Virus record (IMG/VR): IMGVR_UViG_3300000154_000010
Origin: a virus
Strand: one strand, 5' to 3'
Length of the DNA: 52,202 bases
The first letter of the stretch is position 1. The number at the start of each line of letters is the position of its first letter. Position numbers and translations under genes: made by a program. Below, piece after piece: positions 18,626 through 26,376 of the stretch. The notes below the pieces were generated by a model, which saw only the letters and a list, made by a program, of their open reading frames with translations, had not been told where the DNA came from and searched no databases.

Positions 18626-19142
18626 ATTTTACCAACTGTGACTTCATTTTTATATGTGGATATTTCCGTTTTAATTTCTTTACTGCATTTACATTTTTAT
18701 TGGAATCATCGAAAAATGCTATATCATCGTATCCTTTTTTGATTTGGCCTTCTACCCAATCCGCTTTCTTTTGTGGATTTGCATCTGCAAGTGCTACTAC
18801 AAATACATCTCCGTGGCCACTATCCTTAAAAAATTGTCTGACTGGTTTATATTTTGATCTGGCTGTAAGTATAGTTAGACGACGATTTCCAACTGCACTA
18901 TGTATTCTCTTAAATACCTTAAACATACTTTTTATTTTTTTAGGGTCTATTACTTTATCAAATTCTGAAAAATCTATTTCATCACCTGGTTCTGGTTTAT
19001 ATACTGCGTATAGTCCTGGTGTCATTGTTATTTTCTTTCCATTACGCATTAAATAAACTTTAGAATTAGATTTTACTAGTGTATCATCAAAATCAAATAC
19101 TCGGAGTTTTTTTTCTATTAATAAATCTTTAAGTTTTATCAC
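18618..19142 (-). CDS. HAD-superfamily phosphatase with MIKLKDLLIE leader
   Basis: RVFDFDDTL (DxD), ILTAR, FFDDS..N motifs. Confidence 0.85.
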   Translation of the reverse strand: MIKLKDLLIEKKLRVFDFDDTLVKSNSKVYLMRNGKKITMTPGLYAVYKPEPGDEIDFSEFDKVIDPKKIKSMFKVFKRIHSAVGNRRLTILTARSKYKPVRQFFKDSGHGDVFVVALADANPQKKADWVEGQIKKGYDDIAFFDDSNKNVNAVKKLKRKYPHIKMKSQLVKYD

Positions 19143-19233
19143 TACCTAATTCCATCACATAATATAGTATTACAAACACCACCGCACTCAATAATAAAAA
19201 ATCAAATTTTGCTACTATGAAATCACTAAACAT
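19129..19233 (-). CDS. Small single-TM peptide (34 aa)
   Basis: MFSDFIVAKFDFLLLSAVVFVILYYVMELGSDKT; TAATG-coupled. Confidence 0.55.
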   Translation of the reverse strand: MFSDFIVAKFDFLLLSAVVFVILYYVMELGSDKT

Positions 19234-19595
19234 TACTTATCTAGCTTCCAACGTTTATCTGCTATTTTCTTCATACTTTTAAGAATAGTTTCTAATGCAA
19301 CTACACTCTGATAATTATGTTTCCAATTTGGTTTAACAAAATCTTTATTTGTCCTGTTGGCCGTATTAAATATTTTATTAGCATGACCAAGAACTGTTTT
19401 AGCATATATTCTAAATTTTTTAGTTAGTTCTTCCCTTCCACTTTCACTAATAATCTCTCTAATCTTTTTTCGTAATACTCGTTCTTGTAATTCATCTTTT
19501 GCCATCATCATCTCCCGTTTAGATATTTTAACTTTTTGTTTTCCGATTTCTCTCGGTTTGTCTATGTGAAATTGTGCTATTATTTTATATCCCAA
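19233..19595 (-). CDS. Hypothetical protein with internal LRKKIREIISE motif
   Basis: ORF track. Confidence 0.75.
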   Translation of the reverse strand: MGYKIIAQFHIDKPREIGKQKVKISKREMMMAKDELQERVLRKKIREIISESGREELTKKFRIYAKTVLGHANKIFNTANRTNKDFVKPNWKHNYQSVVALETILKSMKKIADKRWKLDK

Positions 19596-19816
19596 GTTTT
19601 AATAGATTTTAAAACATAAGTAAGCGTTCCAACCTCATAATTAAATGCCTTTGCTAATTTATCATTTTTAAGATGTAAAATCATTGAGTATTTCTTAAAT
19701 GTTTCTATTGAAGATTTAAGTGTTTTTACTATAGCCATTTTATTTCCAGCACCTGCATATTCATTCAAAAGTTCTTCTCTGATGAGTTCTCTTAGTTGTG
19801 TTTTAGTTATTTTCAT
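19580..19816 (-). CDS. Hypothetical protein with MKITKTQLRELIREELLNE leader
   Basis: Leader motif; GGAG RBS. Confidence 0.85.
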   Translation of the reverse strand: MKITKTQLRELIREELLNEYAGAGNKMAIVKTLKSSIETFKKYSMILHLKNDKLAKAFNYEVGTLTYVLKSIKTWDIK

Positions 19817-19838
19817 TTTATTTCTCCATTAAAGTGTA

Positions 19839-20099
19839 TCACTCAAATTTCATTGGTTCTTGTGCCACTTTGTCTGCAAGTGTACCTATACCAAAACTGA
19901 CCTGGGATAAAAGTTCAAGCCAAGAATCCAAATTTTCCTTTCCTTTTATTGAAGATTTTACCTCTTTGATAGCCTTACCCAACATCTTTTCATAAACCAG
20001 TAAATGTTTTAATAATTCCTTTTTCCTCGTTGGGTCATCCCACCCCTCATTTAACTCTTCCCGAATCATTTCTTTTAATTGTGTTTTAGTTATTTTCAT
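19839..20099 (-). CDS. Hypothetical protein with MKITKTQLKEMIREELNE leader (start 20099 preferred over 20114)
   Basis: GGAGG upstream of the ATG at 20099, which begins the shared leader. Confidence 0.85.
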   Translation of the reverse strand: MKITKTQLKEMIREELNEGWDDPTRKKELLKHLLVYEKMLGKAIKEVKSSIKGKENLDSWLELLSQVSFGIGTLADKVAQEPMKFE

Positions 20100-20103
20100 T
20101 CTA

Positions 20104-20385
20104 CTATCCTCCAAACCTACTGTTTTTCCACATCAACTTCTGCAATCTTTCATACTCACGTTGTTGTTCTGGTGATATTTTAATTGTTTTCAATGGCCCA
20201 AATATTCTTTGTTTTCTACTGTTTTGTTTATAAACATCATCCATCTTCTTTTCATCTTTATCTACTGCAATTACTTTTTTAAGGTTGCTACTTACCACTA
20301 TCCAATATCCAGCCTTTCTCATTTCTTGTGCCTTGTCAATAGTAATGTCTACTTTTTCGTTTAGTAAATCTATTAGTTTAATCAT
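20104..20385 (-). CDS. Hypothetical protein with MIKLIDLLNE leader
   Basis: Leader motif; ATGA-coupled. Confidence 0.85.
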   Translation of the reverse strand: MIKLIDLLNEKVDITIDKAQEMRKAGYWIVVSSNLKKVIAVDKDEKKMDDVYKQNSRKQRIFGPLKTIKISPEQQREYERLQKLMWKNSRFGG

Positions 20386-20939
20386 TTTATACCCATCAAC
20401 TCTAATTCTTTTTCCCAGAATAATCCGTATACGGCTAATGCATTGACTTTAACTAACACATTCATTGTGTTTCCAACGTGAAATACTTCTTGTTCATTTC
20501 TTTTTAATCCAACTTCTTTTCCAATCTTACCTAACCACTTATAATTACCAACAAAATTATTATCTATTTTAGTAATAATAATTGATTCTGGATAATCGGG
20601 CTTAGCATTATATTTAGCAAACTTTTGAGCTAAATCAAAATTATATGTAAATGATTGTACTGGTCGTCTTGACCTATACTTCATTTTTAAAAACAACCAT
20701 TTGTCATCTCGTTTAGCTATTTTTAGTTTTTTTAAATCTTTTTTAGATATAGCCGTTCCTCTATACACTTCACCACTAATCGGGTTTAATTCTTTTGAGT
20801 ATTTAGATTTTTTTGAATACAAAGATTTAATAGTAGAATCTATTTTAGTAGTTCTTTCACCGCCAGCTTTCATATACTTTTTTAACATTTCTATTTCAGT
20901 ATCTAAGTTTTCTGTCAATAAATATTTTAGTTTGATCAT
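20382..20939 (-). CDS. Putative ADP-ribosyltransferase (R-S-E clade) with MIKLKYLLTE leader
   Basis: VYRGT ... QSFT..F..AQKFA ... EQEV catalytic pattern. Confidence 0.65.
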   Translation of the reverse strand: MIKLKYLLTENLDTEIEMLKKYMKAGGERTTKIDSTIKSLYSKKSKYSKELNPISGEVYRGTAISKKDLKKLKIAKRDDKWLFLKMKYRSRRPVQSFTYNFDLAQKFAKYNAKPDYPESIIITKIDNNFVGNYKWLGKIGKEVGLKRNEQEVFHVGNTMNVLVKVNALAVYGLFWEKELELMGIK

Positions 20940-20975
20940 AATTTATCTCCTAATAATAAAAAGCTATGTTTAGTT

Positions 20976-21071
20976 TCAGTTCTTACAATATGTACGTACT
21001 TTTGCCAATTGCCGTTTTGTAATGATATCCGCATCTAATAATAGGTGCCCTAATTTTGCATCACCATTCAC
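20976..21071 (-). pseudogene. 31-aa ORF resembling one MshEN-like half motif, possibly truncated
   Basis: AGGAG RBS, GTG start, MNGDAKLGHLLLDADIITKRQLAKVRTYCKN*. Confidence 0.45.
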
Positions 21072-21086
21072 TTTACTTCTCCTTAT

Positions 21087-21356
21087 TTACCCCTTTAATA
21101 ATTCGTGATATAATTTGTCAAGCATAATTTTGGTAAAAGCGTCATATTCACTTAATGCACTTTTAATCAATTTATTTGAAGCACTCGAATATTCTTTTGA
21201 TTTGGATTTAGCGAACTTTTTTAATTCCTTACCAAAATCTTCAGCTTTATTTCCAATAGCCAAATACTCATCGTCATCATGTGGATGATAATAATCATTC
21301 TCATTCAAGAGCTCTTCCCGAATCATTTCTTTTAATTGTGTTTTAGATATTTTCAC
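21087..21356 (-). CDS. Hypothetical protein with MKISKTQLKEMIREELLNE leader
   Basis: GTG start; 35 nt (21312-21346) identical to 20055-20089. Confidence 0.85.
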   Translation of the reverse strand: MKISKTQLKEMIREELLNENDYYHPHDDDEYLAIGNKAEDFGKELKKFAKSKSKEYSSASNKLIKSALSEYDAFTKIMLDKLYHELLKG

Positions 21357-21357
21357 T

Positions 21358-21960
21358 TCATTTCTCCAATGAATTTACAATGTTCATAATGCCCTTATTT
21401 CGTTTTTGGGCTCCATTATGTGTGGATAATCCCTTTTTACCTGCAAAATTCTTTTCCAATGACTTGACTATTTTTGGGTATGCTATTCCACCACCACTTT
21501 CGGCCCATTTTCTACTTCCCCTTTCTATTAATTTAGAGGCTTTATTTAATTTCATCGTCATTATCTTGGAAGTCTTTTCATGCCAAAATTTAACTTCATT
21601 ATCTTCAATTTGTAATATGACTATTTTACTAATACCATTTAACTCAATCCAATATACAGTTAAGGGGGCAATATACATTGATTCATTTAATGTATTTTCT
21701 TTAACTAAAATTTTTGATATATACGTTGAAATTCTGAATTTAGTTCCGGCTACAGGGACCAAACCCTTATCTTTAACTTTCTGTGTAATATCATATTTAC
21801 CATTTCCCAATTCTTTAATGAACCAATCACTTTTACCGACTCTACCTTTCCATATTTGTTTTTCTATCATATGTTTAATGGCTCGCTTGTCGGTAGCGGT
21901 AAGGTGTCCGTCTAATACTTTTATCTTTATTTCATTGAGTAGGTCTTTGAGTTTAATCAT
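21358..21960 (-). CDS. Two-module hypothetical protein with MIKLKDLLNE leader and internal TLNE linker
   Basis: Leader motif; KENTLNE-SMY midway. Confidence 0.85.
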   Translation of the reverse strand: MIKLKDLLNEIKIKVLDGHLTATDKRAIKHMIEKQIWKGRVGKSDWFIKELGNGKYDITQKVKDKGLVPVAGTKFRISTYISKILVKENTLNESMYIAPLTVYWIELNGISKIVILQIEDNEVKFWHEKTSKIMTMKLNKASKLIERGSRKWAESGGGIAYPKIVKSLEKNFAGKKGLSTHNGAQKRNKGIMNIVNSLEK

Positions 21961-21972
21961 AATTTATTCCTA

Positions 21973-22881
21973 TTAAAAGTAGGCGTCACCACCTCTATCT
22001 GAAATCCATTTGTTGATGTCTTTGGGTTCATTTGTTATTTCTATTTTATTGCCAAACATCTTTTTAGCTTTTTCTATTTCTTTTCTTTTTTGTTTACCTT
22101 CAGTTGAATTATAGTCATCTTCAAATACTTCGTCGTCATAGTAATACATATCTTCTATATACCCCAATACATCCACTACCATAATTTTGTCAACCACTAA
22201 TTCGTTCCACCACCAATCACCTGTAAATGGGTGTGGTTCTCCGAAATGTTTATTTAATTGTTTTTGATGTGTCTTTATTACTTTGACAACACCCTTCTCA
22301 TATAAATTGAATACTTTTTTCACTCCCCTTTTATCTAACGTATTTCCATCTTTATCTTCTAAGTGACTAAACAGGCCGTGTACATTTCTTTTATATTTTA
22401 ACTTTAACTTGCGTATAATGTCATCAAAAATAAAAGTCATCTTTCCTTTTATTTTATCACCTATTTTACTATCTGATGCTTTATTTAATAAATAAGTCAA
22501 TGACGATGAAAATTGTGGTTCAGTTGATACCCACCTCATTCCAGTTTCATCTGGTCGAGACATTATATCATCGGAAGAAGCTATTTTCAATTTACCTATC
22601 ATATGGACAAGAAACCCACCATCGGTTCTAATTCCACTTAGATTTCCTATATTACTTTGAGAAGTTGTAGTAAATGTTGAAAGTGCCTTTGATGTACCTT
22701 GAAGTTTTTTTAGATTTACCAATCCTTTAAAATCCGTTACATGAAATGTTGGAATATCTACATCACCTACAATTACATCTACCACTTTTTTTGATAATGG
22801 AATCATAGTAGAATCCATCATATTTAGTTGAGAGTCTTCCCAAGATATTACTTCATATAATAAATCTTTTAATTTAATCAT
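21973..22881 (-). CDS. Hypothetical protein with MIKLKDLLYE leader (weak ART-like pattern)
   Basis: Leader is clear; FHVT..STFT..WNELVV is only suggestive of an ART fold. Confidence 0.75.
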   Translation of the reverse strand: MIKLKDLLYEVISWEDSQLNMMDSTMIPLSKKVVDVIVGDVDIPTFHVTDFKGLVNLKKLQGTSKALSTFTTTSQSNIGNLSGIRTDGGFLVHMIGKLKIASSDDIMSRPDETGMRWVSTEPQFSSSLTYLLNKASDSKIGDKIKGKMTFIFDDIIRKLKLKYKRNVHGLFSHLEDKDGNTLDKRGVKKVFNLYEKGVVKVIKTHQKQLNKHFGEPHPFTGDWWWNELVVDKIMVVDVLGYIEDMYYYDDEVFEDDYNSTEGKQKRKEIEKAKKMFGNKIEITNEPKDINKWISDRGGDAYF

Positions 22882-22884
22882 AAT

Positions 22885-23205
22885 TTATCTCGGTGGGTTA
22901 TAATCCCACGGTCCCCAATGTTCGTGTTTTAACATATTTATCATTGTTTCTTCAACTGAATATTTGTGAATCTTTTTACCATTCGCTGGTATTCCACCTA
23001 ACTCATAGTATTTCTTTTTATTAAGTATTATTTTTCTATTATTACTGAAATCTAATACCATCCCACCTTTCTCAATCCAACAATGACCGAATGGTTTGCC
23101 ATTAGTGGATAGTATCGCAAGACCATGACACAATACTAAATCTTTATCGTGTCCTTTACTAACAAATCTACCGTTAGCTTCGTAGCAATCACCTTTACCT
23201 GCCAC
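22885..23205 (-). CDS. Small papain/transglutaminase-like protein (putative Cys-His-Asp triad)
   Basis: GDCYE ... GHCWIE ... VLDFS. Confidence 0.55.
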   Translation of the reverse strand: MAGKGDCYEANGRFVSKGHDKDLVLCHGLAILSTNGKPFGHCWIEKGGMVLDFSNNRKIILNKKKYYELGGIPANGKKIHKYSVEETMINMLKHEHWGPWDYNPPR

Positions 23206-23981
23206 TATCTCTTCTTCAACATTTTTTGTTTTTCAATCCACTTTTTAGCTTGTCTATTCTTAATAGGTGCCTTTATAAATTTACCAATACCTTTACCGAC
23301 CAACATATTAAATTTACTTGTTGCTTGTTTTGTACTTAAATGTTTATTATTGTCAACTAATAGGAAATTGGCATTTCCAAATAACCCCTGGAAATAAGCC
23401 ATATTCTTTTGAACTGAATGCCAATATTTTTCAACAACATGAGCTGGTAATCTTCGTGGTCTTTCTTCATTTCGCTGTTGTGCAATTTCCAATGAAGTAT
23501 TTACAAATACCATGAATGTATCATATCCCAATTTCATTAAATCTTGTCGTTCATTCTTTACATCTTTAAATTTATGACCCGTACCATCAATAATAACACC
23601 CAATCTACCTTCTGTATAATTTTTTAGTCGTTGTTTACTTAATGCTTTTGTACGAGTTCTCATACCACTGTAATCATCGTATTCTGGGTCAGTAAGTTGT
23701 TTGAATAACTCTTCTGGCATATTGTCAATGTCGACAGTTCCAAAATATTTTTTCATAAATTTTTCTAATTCAGTATCTTGATTAACCATTTTTAATCCGG
23801 TATAGGATACGCTAACTTTTTTGGGTATTCCGAATAATTGAGATGCAACGTAGGTTTTGCCTGAATTGTGGACATTAACTTCTGATTTTCCCACATAATA
23901 ATTATGATTATTATTTATTCGTAAATCATATACATATTTTTTATCATATTTTATTAGCTTAATTGATTTAATTTTCACCAT
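23205..23981 (-). CDS. Split-intein C-fragment (39 aa) fused to the C-extein of a zeta-toxin/AAA_33-like P-loop kinase
   Basis: IntC block F VYDLRINNNHNYYV and block G VHN/S (23865-23981), then SGKT (rest of Walker A), VNQD and GVIIDGTG. Confidence 0.92.
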   Translation of the reverse strand: MVKIKSIKLIKYDKKYVYDLRINNNHNYYVGKSEVNVHNSGKTYVASQLFGIPKKVSVSYTGLKMVNQDTELEKFMKKYFGTVDIDNMPEELFKQLTDPEYDDYSGMRTRTKALSKQRLKNYTEGRLGVIIDGTGHKFKDVKNERQDLMKLGYDTFMVFVNTSLEIAQQRNEERPRRLPAHVVEKYWHSVQKNMAYFQGLFGNANFLLVDNNKHLSTKQATSKFNMLVGKGIGKFIKAPIKNRQAKKWIEKQKMLKKR

Positions 23982-24234
23982 ATTCTCCGTGATTTTTAAT
24001 AAATCTAATATTTTGTTTTTCTGACCAAAATATTTCTTTATTTTTTAATAGTGATTTTATATTTACCATTGATATATGACAATAATCACCATCCCATTTT
24101 TTACGTGAATTAACATAGCTACAGTAACGTCTATTATTAAATTTAAAATTACACCTATCACATTTATATGATATACTTTGACCTGTATGTGGGTTTCCTG
24201 TTTTAGTATAAATTAAATCAGTTGCTAATAACAT
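23968..24234 (-). CDS. Cys-rich ORF between the split-intein halves (possible endonuclease remnant)
   Basis: CDRC..RYC..YC; overlaps both flanking intein ORFs; different frame. Confidence 0.65.
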   Translation of the reverse strand: MLLATDLIYTKTGNPHTGQSISYKCDRCNFKFNNRRYCSYVNSRKKWDGDYCHISMVNIKSLLKNKEIFWSEKQNIRFIKNHGEYGEN

Positions 24235-24596
24235 AATACGTCATCACCATCTTTCAAATCCTTTGCCATAATCCAGTTACCATTCGATAGTCTTATTTCA
24301 TGATCTAATGTACAAACAACAGTTTCACCAGTTTCCAATTCTATATTTACCATTTCAGTATCAGCATCGTACTTAAAAAGTTCAACTACTTCTGAAATTT
24401 CTGATTTACCTTTTGTGTTCAATGTCCAAACTCTTTCACCTTTAATTACTTCAGATATTTTAGTATATCCAGTTTCAGTTTTTATTAATGTATTTTCATC
24501 GAAGCAACCTGGACCACCGGCAAGGAATACCGCTTTGAATATGCCTGGATCATTTACTCCCTCGTTTAATTGTATAAGATCTTTTAATTTAATCAT
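24225..24596 (-). CDS. Kinase N-extein (30 aa, MIKLKDLIQLNE leader, ..FLAGGPG) fused to split-intein N-fragment (93 aa)
   Basis: Block A CFDENTLI starts at codon 31 (24506); block B TLDH; ends KDLKDGDDVLCY*. Confidence 0.92.
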   Translation of the reverse strand: MIKLKDLIQLNEGVNDPGIFKAVFLAGGPGCFDENTLIKTETGYTKISEVIKGERVWTLNTKGKSEISEVVELFKYDADTEMVNIELETGETVVCTLDHEIRLSNGNWIMAKDLKDGDDVLCY

Positions 24597-24637
24597 TGTC
24601 CTTGTCCTTATTCATAAAAAATATATTATCCATCAAC

Positions 24638-24645
24638 TATAAATA
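24638..24645 (-). promoter_or_regulatory. Putative late-promoter motif TATTTATA
   Basis: In the 24597-24672 gap at the boundary between glycan and virion modules. Confidence 0.5.
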
Positions 24646-24672
24646 TAAGAGAATGGAAAAGTTAGATATTAT

Positions 24673-26163
24673 TTAGAATACTTTGACATCGTATTTTTTA
24701 GAAAACTGGAAGCCGTCCTGTTTAGTATTTACTATTGGATGCCCTTTTATGTTTAGACTTGTGTTTAAAACCATAGGACAACCTGTTTTCTCATAAAACT
24801 CTTTAATAAGTTTATAATAACCTGGATTATCTTCTTTACTGACTGTTTGAACTCTGGAAGTATTATCCACGTGACATATTGCCGGATACTTATCTGGCCA
24901 CTTACACTTTGCAGTGAATTGCATAAATTGGGATTTACGAACTGGCATATCAAAAATTTCATGAGCATGTTCTTCCAATACTGATGGGGCGAATGGTCTA
25001 AATTTTTGTCGATGCTTTATAACATTTACTTTATCTTTTATATCATCACCTCTTGGGTCTGCTAATAAACTTCTATTTCCAAGTGCTCGTGGACCAAACT
25101 CAGCTCGTCCATTTGCCACCCCTACTATGTTTCCTTTAAGTAGTTCATTTAATACTTTTTTAACTGGATATTTTCCATCTATGTTATGTCCTGTGAATGG
25201 AGTCTCCCAATTTATATGTTTTCCATAAACATATGCCGCAGAACCGAGTGATGAACCAGCATCACCAGGATTTGGTAATATCCATAAGTCAGGATAGTAA
25301 TCACGGGCTATAATAGAGTTAGCTACACAATTCAGTGCAACTCCCCCCATATAAACACAATTATTAGTTTCAGGAACAAGTTTTTGAGTGAGACTGAATA
25401 CCTTACGGATTTCTTCTTCGCATATCCATTGGACATTTGCTGCTATATTAAACTTCCAATCATCACTATCATCATCTGGGTAGTATTCTGGATTCCAATC
25501 TAAACAACCTCTATGTAAATTGTTCTTTAAATCAATCGGTTTATCGGAGTCATTAAAGAAATCTTCACGAATACTATTCTTTAGTTTGTGGTCTTGTGTT
25601 CCCCAACCTGCCATTCCCATTAAGATGTATTCATCTTCTTGTGGTTTTAATCCAAGTCGTTGTGTCATTGCACTATACCAAAGACCAAGTGAGTTTGGAT
25701 ATTTTAGTGTATATCGCTTCTCAAAATGACTTCCCCACGCATACCAAATACTACACGTCTCAAACTCACCTATTGCATCTATAACTACGATAGCTGATTC
25801 TTCATATGGACTTGTGTAGTATCCCGCCGCAGCGTGAGATTGGTGATGTTGAACATATTCTATTTCTACATTACCAACGTAATCTCGTAGATAATAAGAA
25901 GGTAAATTTTTACGAGATAAAACCTCTCCATATTGACCTGCTCTTAGTTGTCTTAACTTTTTTAAGTATGGTCTTTCAAAATATACTACCTTGTCTGGTT
26001 TACCACCAAGTCTATAACAATCGGCAAATAATGTGCTATTCAAATCTGAATCATTCTTGATTCCACTATATCTTTCACTGTGACCGGCAAACAAAATCTC
26101 ACCGTCTTGTATAAGTGTAACCGCTGCATCATGATTTAATGCATTTATTCCTAATATTTTCAT
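24673..26163 (-). CDS. Carbamoyltransferase (NodU/CmcH/TobZ family)
   Basis: HDAA, HHQSHAA, GGVALNCVAN, GDAGSSLG, EFGPRALGNRS, FRPFAP, RVQTV, LNTSLN. Confidence 0.95.
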   Translation of the reverse strand: MKILGINALNHDAAVTLIQDGEILFAGHSERYSGIKNDSDLNSTLFADCYRLGGKPDKVVYFERPYLKKLRQLRAGQYGEVLSRKNLPSYYLRDYVGNVEIEYVQHHQSHAAAGYYTSPYEESAIVVIDAIGEFETCSIWYAWGSHFEKRYTLKYPNSLGLWYSAMTQRLGLKPQEDEYILMGMAGWGTQDHKLKNSIREDFFNDSDKPIDLKNNLHRGCLDWNPEYYPDDDSDDWKFNIAANVQWICEEEIRKVFSLTQKLVPETNNCVYMGGVALNCVANSIIARDYYPDLWILPNPGDAGSSLGSAAYVYGKHINWETPFTGHNIDGKYPVKKVLNELLKGNIVGVANGRAEFGPRALGNRSLLADPRGDDIKDKVNVIKHRQKFRPFAPSVLEEHAHEIFDMPVRKSQFMQFTAKCKWPDKYPAICHVDNTSRVQTVSKEDNPGYYKLIKEFYEKTGCPMVLNTSLNIKGHPIVNTKQDGFQFSKKYDVKVF

Positions 26164-26264
26164 TTATATATAAACGGGTCTCGTTTTTTTAATTCTTTAA
26201 TTTTTCTTTTAAATTTGATATGTAATTTTAACCTCAAATACAAATTTTTAATCCATTTAATCAT
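26160..26264 (-). CDS. Small basic peptide (34 aa, ..KELKKRDPFIYK)
   Basis: Manual translation; ATGA-coupled to the carbamoyltransferase. Confidence 0.7.
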   Translation of the reverse strand: MIKWIKNLYLRLKLHIKFKRKIKELKKRDPFIYK

Positions 26265-26349
26265 AATAACATAACTCCCTTATAAAATCGAAATGTGACT
26301 TATCAAAAACAGGGCACTTTCTTTCTACATCATATAACCATTTTTTCAT
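26257..26349 (-). CDS. Small ORF (30 aa)
   Basis: MKKWLYDVERKCPVFDKSHFDFIRELCYYD*; fills the gap and overlaps the next start. Confidence 0.45.
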   Translation of the reverse strand: MKKWLYDVERKCPVFDKSHFDFIRELCYYD

Positions 26350-26376
26350 TATAACCCTTTTTAATTAAAATAGTTA

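Noticed and set aside
23982-24224. Group I intron or single frameshifted intein instead of a split intein
   Set aside because: Each half has its own start/stop, IntC has an RBS, fragment sizes and charges fit split inteins, and I could not recognise an intron core in 243 nt; not formally excluded without reads or RNA data.
1-24596. Counting every (L/I/V)-x-E tripeptide as a gp21 site
   Set aside because: The tripeptide is common by chance in Glu-rich proteins; only repeated leaders and linkers were used as evidence.
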